In this document: positions 13,403 to 23,610 of the stretch, piece after piece
Layout: each line of letters opens with the position of its first letter
Numbering within the stretch: position 1 is the first letter of the stretch
Source: Vicugna vicugna
Lineage: Eukaryota
Reading direction: 5' to 3'
NCBI GenBank assembly: GCA_013265495.1
Contig: MU057560.1
Coordinates: forward strand, 62,001 to 126,000
DNA length: 64,000 nucleotides
Translations under genes and position numbers: made by a program
The notes under the pieces: generated by a model
What the model was told of the DNA's origin: nothing
Databases searched by the model: none
Seen by the model: only the letters and a program-made list of their open reading frames with translations

Positions 13403-14304
13403 ATGAGCAATATGAAGAAGCAGAGAAACCACTCCCAATTAAAAGATCAAGAGAAATCCCCTGAAAGCACGATCAAGGAAATAGACATTGATGGCCTACT
13501 AGATCAAGATTTCAAAAAAGGAGTGATCAAAGTACTGAAGGAACTAAAAGAAATAGTGTTTAGAGATATAAAATATGTCAAAAATGAAACAGAAGCTATA
13601 AAGAAGAACCAAGTAGAATTAGCAAACTCATTTGCTGAGATGAGAGCTGACCTAAAGGCTGTACAAAGCAGGCTAGATAATGCAGAAGAATGAATAAGTG
13701 ACCTAGAAGACAGGACAACAGAAAGCACCCAATCAGAAGAGCTGAGAGAAAAGCAAATAAAAAACAATGAAAACAATATAAGGGACTTATGGGATAATAT
13801 AAAGCCTGCCAATCTACACATAATAGGGGTTCCAGAAGGGGAAGAAAAAACAAAGGGGGTTGAAAAGGTATTTGAAGAAATCATGACTGAAAACTTCTCA
13901 AACCTAAAGAAGGAATCAGATATCGAAGTACAGGAGGCTCAGAGGGTCTCAAACAGGAAGAACCCAAATAGACCCATGCCAAGGCATATCATAATCAAGA
14001 TGGCCAGAGTCAAGGATAAAGAAATGATCCTCAAGGTAGCAAGAGAAAAACAAAGAGTGAGTTACAAGGGAACCCCCATAAGGCTCTCAGCTGATTTCTA
14101 TACACAAACACTACAGGCCAGAAGGGAGTGGCAAGATATATTCAAAGTCTGAATGAAAAAAAGATGCAGCCTAGGATACTCTATCCAGCAAGGCTATCAT
14201 TTAGAATAGAAGGAGAGATAAAGAAATTCACAGACAAGCAAAAACTAAAAGAATTTAGCAACACTAAACCCATGCTAAAAGAAATATTGACTGGCTTACT
14301 CTAA
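13403..14304 (+). pseudogene. L1 ORF1p, about 300 aa, disrupted
   Basis: Reads MSNMKKQRNHSQLK...AEE*ISDLED...NLHIIGVPEGEE...IRLSADF...ARREWQDIFKV/LNEKKMQPRILYPARLSF...ILTGLL*. In-frame TGA at 13691-13693 (expected Arg CGA) and a 1-bp frameshift near 14148. Confidence 0.92.
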
Positions 14305-14447
14305 ATAGAAAAGCAGCAGGATGCTACAGAAATGATAAACTCACAACTGGAAAGGAGATAACTGCCATGAATTACAAAAAGAATAAACACAAAATTGTAA
14401 AGGAAGACATTTAAATCATTAAGAGTGGGAGAGGGAAGCAAGGAAAG

Positions 14448-14815
14448 CCACTGTGGAAAACAGTATGGAGATTCCTCAAAAGATTAGAAATAGACTTACC
14501 ATATGACCCAGGAATCCCACTCCTGGGCATATATCCAGAAGGACCCCTACTTCAAAATGACACCTGCACCCCAGTTTTCATAGCAGCACTATTTACAATA
14601 GCCAAGATATGGAAGCAGCCTAGATGTCCATCAGCAGATGACTGAGTAAAGAAGATGTGGTATATTTATACAGTGGAATATTATTCAGCCACAAAAACCG
14701 ACAATGTAACGCCATTTGCAGCAACAAGGATGCTCCTGGAGAAAGTCATTCTAAGTGAAGTAAGCCAGAAAGAGAAGGAAAAATACCATATGAGATCGCT
14801 CATATGAGGAATCTT
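14448..14815 (+). pseudogene. L1 ORF2p C-terminal remnant
   Basis: Translates PLWKTVWRFLKRLEIDLPYDPGIPLLGIYP...FIAALFTIAKIWKQPRCPS..*VKKMWYIYTVEYYSA...ILSEVSQKEKEKYHM, the canonical L1 ORF2 C-terminus, with internal stops. Confidence 0.92.
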
Positions 14816-16054
14816 AAAAAAACAAAAACAAAACATAAATACAAAACAGAAACAGACTCAGAGACATAGAATACAAACTTGTGGTTGCCAAGGGGGCGGG
14901 GAGTGAGAAGGGACAGACTGGGATTTTAAAATGCAGAATAGATAAACAAGATTATACTGTATAGCACAGGGAAATATACACAAGATCTTGTGGTAGTCAT
15001 AGCGAAAAAAAATGTGACAATGAATATATATAGATTCATGTATAACTGAAAAATTGTGCTCTACACTAGAATTTGATACAACATTGTAAAATGACTATGA
15101 CACAATAAAAAAATGTAAAAAAAAAAGAGTTTTATTTGCACCACACTGAGAACTATAGCCTGGGAGACGCAGATTTAAGATGCGCTTGGACTGTGCTCTA
15201 CCAGACTGCAGGATGGGGAGGGTTGTAAAGGCAAAACTCACAAAATTATGTAAGTTGTTTGTCAAGAATTGTAACCAGAGCTGGCAAGAAGTAAGGGTGC
15301 TTGTTAAGCAAGGATTGGTTGGGGTCTGAAATGGCTGCACAGTCACAAGGGGAGACCTTGAGACCATGGGGTTGCAGCAGGCAACTGCCAGCAGATGTTG
15401 TTTTGAGAATGGCTGGCGGTGTCTTCGAGTCTGATACAGCGCAAAAACGTTCGTAGGGCTCCCAGGGACGCGGGGATGTGTCTAAAACCACACCCACCAC
15501 GACCACCCAGCTCCATTTTGAAAGCCTGAACAACAGTGACTCCATTTTGATTTTTAAATGCTTTCTGTCCTTTAATGATTAAAGCAGGTGCACAGTGTGT
15601 GATTGATGGACAGTAAGACAGGCTGTTCTTCTTAGCATCAAGTTCAAGTTAAATCAAGTGTAAGCCAGGACGACTTCCCATACTTCAACATGCGAAAATT
15701 TCTTTCGTCAAGGCTAAGGCAGAATTTTGTATTTCCGTACAGTTTTCTGACACACACGTGAGAGGTCAGCTGCATGTAAACTGCTGGATGGACACGTGTG
15801 GTCTGGACACGGCGACGTGACAGGTGGGGCCTCTTCTTCTCTGGAGACATGACTGTTTCTCCTTCTCTTCCCTCTCCTCCTTATCCTTGCTCTTCTTCTT
15901 CAAATCAGTGTCAGTGTTTATCCACCCCTCTCTCAGCTTTGCTCTGGCCATTCACCCTTTATGGTGAAACACTCGATGAGATCGTGCCATGTTGTAGAAC
16001 CTCGCGACTCAAAGTGTACTCTGTAGACTGGCCACGTGGACGTCCCCCGGCTGC

Positions 16055-16172
16055 TTATTAAACATGTGGAACCTCAGGCTGCACCCCAGTCCTCCTGAGT
16101 CAGAGTCTGCATCTTAACAAGATCCACAGGGAACTATTTGCCTGTTAAAGTCGGAGAGCCTCTGGGCTAGAA
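16055..16172. mobile_element. MER5-like hAT-Charlie MITE fragment
   Basis: 'ctcaggctgcaccccagtcctcctgagtcagagtctgcatcttaacaagatcc...ttaaagtcggagagcctctgggctaga'. Confidence 0.7.
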
Positions 16173-16174
16173 GG

Positions 16175-16335
16175 AGCGCGGGCTTGGGCTCCTAGAAGAA
16201 CTAGATCTGAATCCTGCACCCCCATTTATTATCTCTACTGCCTTGGAAAAATGCATAACCCTCCTGAAGCTGTTTTCTGAGCCATAAAATAAGCTTAATA
16301 ATATCTTGCAAGATTGTTGTAGGAATTGGTGATAG
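16175..16335 (+). mobile_element. MIR fragment
   Basis: 'ctagatctgaatcctg...ccttggaaaa...aaccctcctgaagctgttttct...cttgcaagattgttgtaggaatt'. Confidence 0.55.
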
Positions 16336-18210
16336 TAAAAGTAACTACATTTATTGCTCTGTACCTGCTACTGTATGAAGTGTCTGACAACCATATTCTT
16401 TCTTATTTCATCTTTCTAAAAAATGATTAAATAGGAGCTCGCTATATCTCTGGGTGCAAATGAGGAGGCTCAGTTTAAGAAGGGGAAGTGCCATGCTCAG
16501 AGGTGCAAGTCACTAGGTGGTAAAATCGGCACTTATCAGAGCTTTGCGTCCCCAAAGGCGGGAGGGAGTAATTATCATTACTCCAAAGAGAATGGAAAGA
16601 TACCTGCATGTTTACTTTTCTGTTTCTTTAATCCCTGCATGTCCTGCCATTATTCAAGTAACATGATTTATTTCATTCAACTGGTGTTATGCAATGTTTA
16701 TAACGTCATGGCTTCAATGCCTGTAAAGCAATATCCTTTCTAATGAGCAAAGCATGCTTCTCCAAAGCAATATGGCTGCTAGGGGTCAATATAGGCTGAA
16801 CACCTAACAGAAGTCTTCAAGGGTATACTTCTCCCCCTGGTGTAATTCACTCCCTTCTCTCCAGGGCAGCTGGGGTGCAGCTTCCTCTGCTCCTCTGAGG
16901 TCTGACTCTTTTGGCTAAAGCCAGGGTCTCTCCTTTTTCACTCCCAGGTGACCTTCAGACAGAGCCCTGAATGCAGCCTTCTCCTCAGCTGTGCCCCATC
17001 TCAGCCTGTCCAGTCCACGGGGCCCCTTTTGAGATGTGTGTAAGTGAGGAAGGACCATGACCACCCTCTCGACAGCCTGTCCAAGAGGGAGCCTTCCTGG
17101 AAGATGGCCATGAAGTGGTTTTTCTTGCAATTCCCTTAAAAGAAGCTTTGTCGATGTGTTACTAGGGTGAAGACACTCTAAGAAATATTATATTTACACA
17201 GGGTATAAATCCTCGCCAGGAGGAGTGAATAGCACCATTTCTTTAATCTTTAATATCTAATTTCTAATAATCTCTTTTTCAGAAATAAAGATGATCCTGG
17301 TACTTCCTATTAAGGGCGTGCTGAGTGGGTTATGAGTGTGGGAAATTTTGGGGTCCGTTAGAGCCATGGATGAGCAAGTGGAGGAGGCTCTCACCAGAGG
17401 AGCCGGATCAGTGCCGCGTGATCAGAAGCAGGCACCACCAGACTTTGGTAAAGAAACATAATGAAGTGATGTGAGGACTCACACTTCAATCTTGCTTTCC
17501 AAAGGGAGCTCGTTGCCCCAAGTCCTTCTGCCTGTCTCTATGAAGTTTCTGCAGAATGGCTGTGAGCAGTTGGTGAGGAAGAGCGTGACCTCCAGGCTTT
17601 GCAGAGTGTGCTTCTGAGGGATGCAAGAGGAATAGGAGGGAGGGACTGAGGTCTGGGAGGTGGATTTTGACACTGAATGTAAGCTTGCTCTGCTCTGGGC
17701 TCTCTGAGTGAGTCCTGAGAGGTGGCTGCTGTGGGGTGCTATGTGTCTGGTCCTCGGGTTTCCACGTACGCTGAGCACCTGCTTAATTCATGTGTGTTTG
17801 TCTGTGCTCCTTCAAAATGATTCTGCATTTTTGGTTTAGTTGAGTTCCAAATCTCCGAGGCAGGAAATTAGCCCACTTGGAAAGAGGAAAAAATATGTAT
17901 GATATTCATGCATTTGAAATTTCAACAAAGACCCCTTTGGCTGAATTTAAGAGATCTCGGTAAGATGTCAGATCTAGCGTTTGGTGGGCTTCCATAATGC
18001 CCTGGCACTGGATTCGTTGCTTCCGACCGCAAGGGACATGAGAGCAAAGCTCATCTTCTCCAGCAGCCTTGGGAAGAGCCATGCTGACCATGCAGGTGGA
18101 GCAAGGGCTCCTTCCCTCCGGGGCCTCTCCTGCAGCTCTGTGGGGGGTCCTTCTGCTCCCTTGCATTGATGGGAAGCCTGACTCACAAGGTTAAATGCCT
18201 TTCACATGGC

Positions 18211-18820
18211 ATTGAAGTATAGTCGGCTTACAATGCTGTGCCAATCTCCGGTGTCCAGCATAATGTTCAGTCATACATATACACACACATATACTCTTTC
18301 TCATTTTTTTCATTATAGGTCACCTCAGTTATTGAATATAGTTTCCTGTGCTATACAGAAGAAACTTGTATTTTTAATCTGTTTTATATGTAGTAGTTAA
18401 TATTTGCAAATCTCAAACTCCCAATTTATCCCTTCCCACCCCTTACTCCCCAGTAACCATAAGATTGTTTATTATGTCTGTATCTGTTTCTGTTTTGTAG
18501 ATGAGTTCATTAGTGTCTTCTCTTTTCTTTTAGATTCCACATGTGAGTGATATCATATGGCATTTTTCTTTCTCTTTCTGGTTTACTTCATTTGGAGTGA
18601 TGATCTCCAAGTCCCTCCATGTTGCTGCACATGGCATTATTTCATTCTTTTTTATGGCTGAGTAGTATTCCACTGTATAAATACATCACAACTTCTTTAT
18701 TCTGTCATCGGTTGATGGACACTTAGGTTGTTTCCATGTCTTGGCTGTTGTGAATAGTGCTGCTATGAACACTGGGGTGTGTGTATCTTTTCAAATTAGA
18801 GTTCTCTCTGGATGTATATG
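18211..18820 (-). mobile_element. 5'-truncated L1 (3' UTR plus ORF2 end), cetartiodactyl/camelid type
   Basis: 'attgaagtatagtcggcttacaatg...ttgaatatagtttcctgtgctatacag...gttgatggacacttaggttgtttccatgtcttggctgttgtgaatagtgctgctatgaacac'. Confidence 0.9.
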
Positions 18821-19879
18821 TGGGCTTTTTGAAATCACACCTGAAATGTTTGATCTCTCTAGTGATTTCAGCTTGTACCATTGTCCAAAGGGTCTCTTGT
18901 TATGATGTTGACAATAAAAACATGGCTTCTTAATAATACTTTTCCAGGTTAGGAGGGAAATTCATTCCTGGTATTTTTAACTTGGTGGGACAACATGGCT
19001 CAGATCAACCTAGGGGTTTGGAGAGTCACCACAGTCTCTGCTGGGAGACGTTCTCACTCAGCTGCACCTCTGAGCACTGAGATGCGTGTCATCTGCAAAG
19101 AGCCCTGTGACCATTTGCACAGTTGACTGACTCGGTTTTTTTTTTTGGCATGACACTTTTATAAACATTATTCTAAACATTTTTAAAGCGGCCACTCATA
19201 TATCTTACTGCCTAAAGTGTTATGGGAACTTAGGTGACTTTCATAGATTGCCAAGAAAATTGGTCCTCTGGCTACATGGTACCTGTGGCCAAATCATCTA
19301 AGAAAACATAGAGATGGTTATACACAGCTGTCTCTTTCGATGTCAGAGTCTTCCTCGGGTGTCTAAGAAAGGGCTCAGAACGAATATGAAGTTCAGAGCC
19401 CTAACCTTTGTATGAGAAAAGAGTGTTTTCTTCTCTTTTTTAACAAGAGCTTTTCATTTTTTTAAGAATGATATGAAACTACAAAAAAATCTGCAAACTA
19501 CAAGTAAACATACTAACAGTGAAAGGAATAGAGATGCAACCGTGACGCCTGTGTGAAGAGCTAGTCCCACCACCCAGCGAGGGAACAACGGAGTCTCCTC
19601 CCCAGCACTGCCCAGCCCAGCGCGGTCTGCAATTCCAAACACGGACCTTCATGCCCCTGCTGGCTTCGCTCCCCACTGTTTCCCCTGTGATAATTCCTCT
19701 ACCACAGAGGCCGGCCCGTCTTTTCTGTAACAGGCCAGACGGTGACTGCCCCAGGCTCTGATACAGCTCTGCGCACTGCCTGAGCACGAACGGAGCCTTA
19801 GAATGGAGGTAAGGGGCAGGCCCGGCTGTGTTTCCAAAATCTTCATTTACTGTCATGTCACATCAGGTAGCCGTCCCTT

Positions 19880-19990
19880 TTTGGTTTTTTTTCCAACCAC
19901 TTAAAAATGTAAAAAGCTTTCACATCTCGGGAGCGACGCACAGGCCTGGGGCAGATTTGGGTCGCAGGCTGTTCTTTGCCCACCCTGCTG
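19880..19990. mobile_element. MER58-like hAT MITE fragment
   Basis: 'caaccacttaaaaatgtaaaaagc...ggcagatttgggtcgcaggctgttctttgcccaccctg'. Confidence 0.6.
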
Positions 19991-20150
19991 TACTCCGTCT
20001 CCTTGAGTGACAGTGTGCTCTGTACCCTTCTTACTTATGCAATTTCTTGATATTAGGCACATCTATCTTCATTTTATTTTTTACTCTTTTAAGTTAAAAA
20101 AAATTTTAACTTAAATGTAGCCGCTTTGCAGTGTTAGTTTCAGGGGATAT

Positions 20151-20756
20151 TGAGACAGGAAGGGGGCAGGGCACAGCCATTCAAAGACTGATACAGCAAT
20201 TAACATCAAAATGGTGGAAGATTCAACTCCCAGTAGGCCCTGGGGCTCAGGATGGTGGGAGATCTGAGCCTCATTGTGCGCCCCTTGTAATATAGCAGCT
20301 TGGTGAATGACATGCCCCCCAGGCACCATGGCAGTCCCAAGGCTGGCCACAAAAGGTCAAAGTGGGAAATGGCCAACTTCCTGGGAATCCCGGCCCCTTC
20401 CCCAGGTTAGTTGAACTGGCCCTTCCACTTATTAGCCTGTAAAAACTGGCAACATGGTGCCTCGCGGCCACCCCGCCCTCTCTCTCTCCCTCTTCGGAGA
20501 AGGCCCACATTCTGTCTATAGAGCGTGTACCTACTTTTAATTTAATCTGAGCACGCACACCCTGCACCTTGTGGCCTTTCTCTTGCCTTTCAATGTATCT
20601 CTCAGAATAAATCTACCTTTACTCAACTGTGGCTCGCTCTTGGATTCTTTCCTGCATGAGGCCAAGGACCCACATCTGGTGCGGCACGTCCCAGGGGCTC
20701 AACCCTAGCCTGGGGCATAGCCCTTCTCATGCCCCACATCCATTTTTCCTGCATCA
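20151..20756 (+). mobile_element. Solo MER41-like ERV1 LTR (606 bp)
   Basis: Imperfect terminal inverted repeat tgagacagga...tcctgcatca. 4-bp TSD ATAT (20147-20150) / ACAT (20757-20760). AATAAA at 20606-20611 followed by 'ctcgctcttggattctttcctgcatgaggccaaggaccc', which resembles the recalled MER41 R/U5. Confidence 0.8.
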
Positions 20757-20760
20757 ACAT

Positions 20761-20892
20761 CATCTGAACCAATTACATCAAAAATGAGCCTCTTTTCAAA
20801 TAAGGTCACATTCTGCGGCACGGGGGACCTTAGACATGTGAAGAGTATCTCAACATAGGAAATGATCAGGGGACAAAATTCACCCCATAGCA
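20761..20892 (-). mobile_element. MLT1 (ERVL-MaLR) LTR end fragment
   Basis: 'caaataaggtcacattctg...ggggacaaaattcaccccatagca' is the typical MLT1 terminus. Confidence 0.75.
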
Positions 20893-21959
20893 AACCCTCT
20901 GCAGGAGGCTCGGCTAAGTAGACTTCAAGGATGGCGATGATGAAACCTTAAAAAGATGAATAATTTGCCAAGGTCATCTAGCTTGTGAATCTGACCCTAA
21001 GACTAAACTCTGTCCAGCAAGTCCTGTTGCTTCTGAAGAGAGAGAGATGACGCTGATTTTGGGAGTCAGTTTTGAGGGTCTGCTGTGCCCGGGGACTTGG
21101 AGGGTGAGTCCTGAGCCCGCCCTTCTCCCTTCAGCCTGTCTCTCCTCTGTGGATACACTTGCTTATCAGCTGCCTTTGTTACAATAAAGACAGAATTAAA
21201 GTTTGCATCACCAATAGCTGATGCCAGGGGCTTTTAGTTTTCTATAAAATTAAATTCTAGTGAAACCTCTCCTGCATTTTCTTAGCAGGGAGGTAAGAGG
21301 CCCACTTAAATGCTGTTGGTGGGCTGCGTTTTTAAATGAATGCAGCTGGGTATTTTGATTAAATGCATATTGAAATCCACTTATAACTAGTGAACCAAGA
21401 CAATGAAAGGGCCTCACTGTACCATTAAGACTGTTTTCTGAAATCGTTCAAGTTAAACAATTCAACGGCTTAATGCTGTGCTCTGGTGTCTCCTAGAAAC
21501 GGGGACGGAGCCTGTGAGCAATGACACGTGCCAGCCCCCGGGAGACAGTGCTGTCCAGGCAGGAGGTCCAGACCAAGGGTGCCACCTTGTCAGGGGGAAA
21601 ACACCTGCTGGAGCAGATTTCAGCGCGCTGCTTGACGTGAATCCGGTGCTCAGCCGGTCGGGAACAGAATCGCCCAAATGGTTTCTTACAGCGCAAGGCA
21701 GTTCTGTGGCTGAGTTAAAGCTTCCTGATTAGACTGGCAATGTTTTGAATATGTCCCATCCTCAAATGCTGCTTCTACTGTGGGTTCTCAGGGCAGTCCA
21801 TGTAGGCATTCCCTTTCCTTGGGATCTTGTCACTTGGATGCTGCAGTGGGCAACTCCTGGGCAGCGCTGACACATTCCCACAGCCCTGAAGGCTGCCGTG
21901 CAGTGAGCTGACAACGGGGCAAGAAGTACTCAACATTTACTCCACCGACACGCCCCTGT

Positions 21960-22300
21960 CGGTACCACTGTGAGCTAAAGACAGTCACAGAGATCAAAGG
22001 ACACGCCACAGTCTGGTTGGGGAGACAGACAGACAGAGAGGTGGGCGTAACCCAGTGTGATCACCACTCTGATGGCAGGGGTCCAGGTGTTGAGAGAGAC
22101 CGAAGAGGAATATGGAACCCAACATAGGGATGGGAAAGGCAGGAAGAGTGCCTGGGGGAGGGCAACCCGGGAACTGAGGTTTGAAGAAAAGCAAGAGTGA
22201 AGCAAGAGAAGGCTGCCCAGAGAGCATCGTAAGCAGAGAGAACAGAATGGGCCGTGACCAGATCTGGAGGAACGAGCAACAGTGGATGGAGAGCAACCCG
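21960..22300 (-). mobile_element. L2 LINE fragment
   Basis: 'cacagtctggttggggagacagac...cagtgtgatcacc...ggaggg...ctgaggtttgaagaa'. Confidence 0.55.
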
Positions 22301-23148
22301 GTGAGGCAGCAGACCACAAGGTTTATCGATCCTTTATCTCCACGACAGAAGAAATAACACGCAGGAGCTTCGAGTCCAGTGGCTCGTGACTTACTCACCA
22401 GCAGCAATAAAATTGCATCCTTTCCTGGGGTTGACCTGAGGCCACAGCTTCCAGACAAATGGAGATACGGGCCAAAATTATCTTTTGGTCTCCTCATCGT
22501 CCCTTTTCAGATCCCTCCTTTGAAATCTGAAAATGCCCAATGCCAGGAAGATCTGAGACCAAGATGCTGCTCTTCAAGACTATGAAAACGTACGTACCAT
22601 TTTAGGATTCGCAGTCACCTGGAGAGTCTTCCAGCCAAATAGCCCATCCAACACATTACTAACAAATGATCGTTTTTGCCTTTGCCTGAATCCAATCCAT
22701 TGTTTTTACTGTTCATTAAGTGCAAAGCAGTCATGGGCTGTCCATCCTACTGTTAAAATGTTTGGCTTAAAATGTGTGTTTTTCTTCTATTTTTCAGCCT
22801 CTCCTGATGCAACATCAGACAAGTCCCCAGCCTCCCACACGATAGCCCTTTTGTTTGTTTTGCCTGAATCTTCTCTCTGTCAGCCTGCCATGGCAGGAAG
22901 AGCTTAGATTATATAGTTAAGGAAACCGGATTAAAATCCTCCTTGTCTTGGTTAATATTCACCTTTGTCACAGGAATTCATCAATTGACTAAATATCTGG
23001 TCCTTCCTCATGGGATTATAGAGCACCCAGATTTACCCAAACCCTTTAAATTAATCACAATCCCTAATGCTCATTAACTTGAGCCTTCTTAACACTTTTC
23101 CAGTATTTCCTCTTCCGAGATCTATCAGAATTTGAATGGGAGACGGTC

Positions 23149-23188
23149 TTCTCAGAAATCATGTATGTTTCTCAGAAATCTTGTATGT
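23149..23188. repeat. 20-bp tandem duplication, 2 copies with 1 mismatch
   Basis: ttctcagaaatcatgtatgt followed by ttctcagaaatcttgtatgt. Confidence 0.95.
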
Positions 23189-23409
23189 GGCTTTGCACAC
23201 CGCCATCTCCAGCGCCTCCAGTGATGATGGATAAATGAACAAAGTCAAGACTTCTGATATGCCGAGGTGCCTTCCTGAAATGCCTAGAATCTTGCTTGTT
23301 TAAAACCAATAACAGCTTTTATCTTTAAAGCAAATAAGTGTACTAGACACTGTGCTAGATGATTCACCTTCTTTATTTTACGTGATCTTTACGATTTGTC
23401 CAGACCCTT

Positions 23410-23610
23410 AGCTTGGTGGTTGACGAGGTCAGCTCTGGAGTCATGCTGTCTGGCTGGGTCTCTGCTCTGGCATAAGTAGCTGTGTGTCCTTGGGTAAGTT
23501 ACTCAAACTCTCTGTCCTTAGCTTCCCCAGGTGTACATGGCGATGCTGATAGTAGCTTCTGCATGTGAGGGTCCCATTTTGTGATAAGGAGCATGATGCT
23601 TTCCTAAGCA
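23410..23610 (+). mobile_element. MIR SINE
   Basis: 'ctctggagtca...tagctgtgtgtccttgggtaagttactcaaactctctgtccttagcttcccc'. Confidence 0.75.

Larger units (their letters stand above)
12081..15122 (+). mobile_element. LINE-1 with complete 5' and 3' ends and a large internal deletion of ORF2 (camelid-type L1)
   Basis: CpG-rich 5' UTR starting ggagagaagcaagatggc, ORF1 at 13403-14304, ORF2 C-terminal remnant from 14448, 3' UTR and A-tail. Exact 11-bp TSD AAAAGAGTTTT at 12070-12080 and 15123-15133. Confidence 0.95.
12028..15710 (-). mobile_element. Solo ERV (class I-like) LTR of about 630 bp, split by an L1 into 12028-12080 and 15134-15710
   Basis: TG...CA termini (tgtcaac at 12028, ttcgtca ending 15710). 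4-bp TSD AGAC (12024-12027) / AGGC (15711-15714). Minus-strand AATAAA at 15131-15136 lies about 55 bp from the reconstructed LTR end. Confidence 0.75.

Noticed and set aside
12167..13438. Several 130-195-aa ORFs
   Set aside because: Stop-poor GC-rich L1 5' UTR with no recognisable protein.
17230..17240. TAGCACCATTT, matching the 5' part of miR-29
   Set aside because: The match stops at 11 nt and there is no precursor hairpin.
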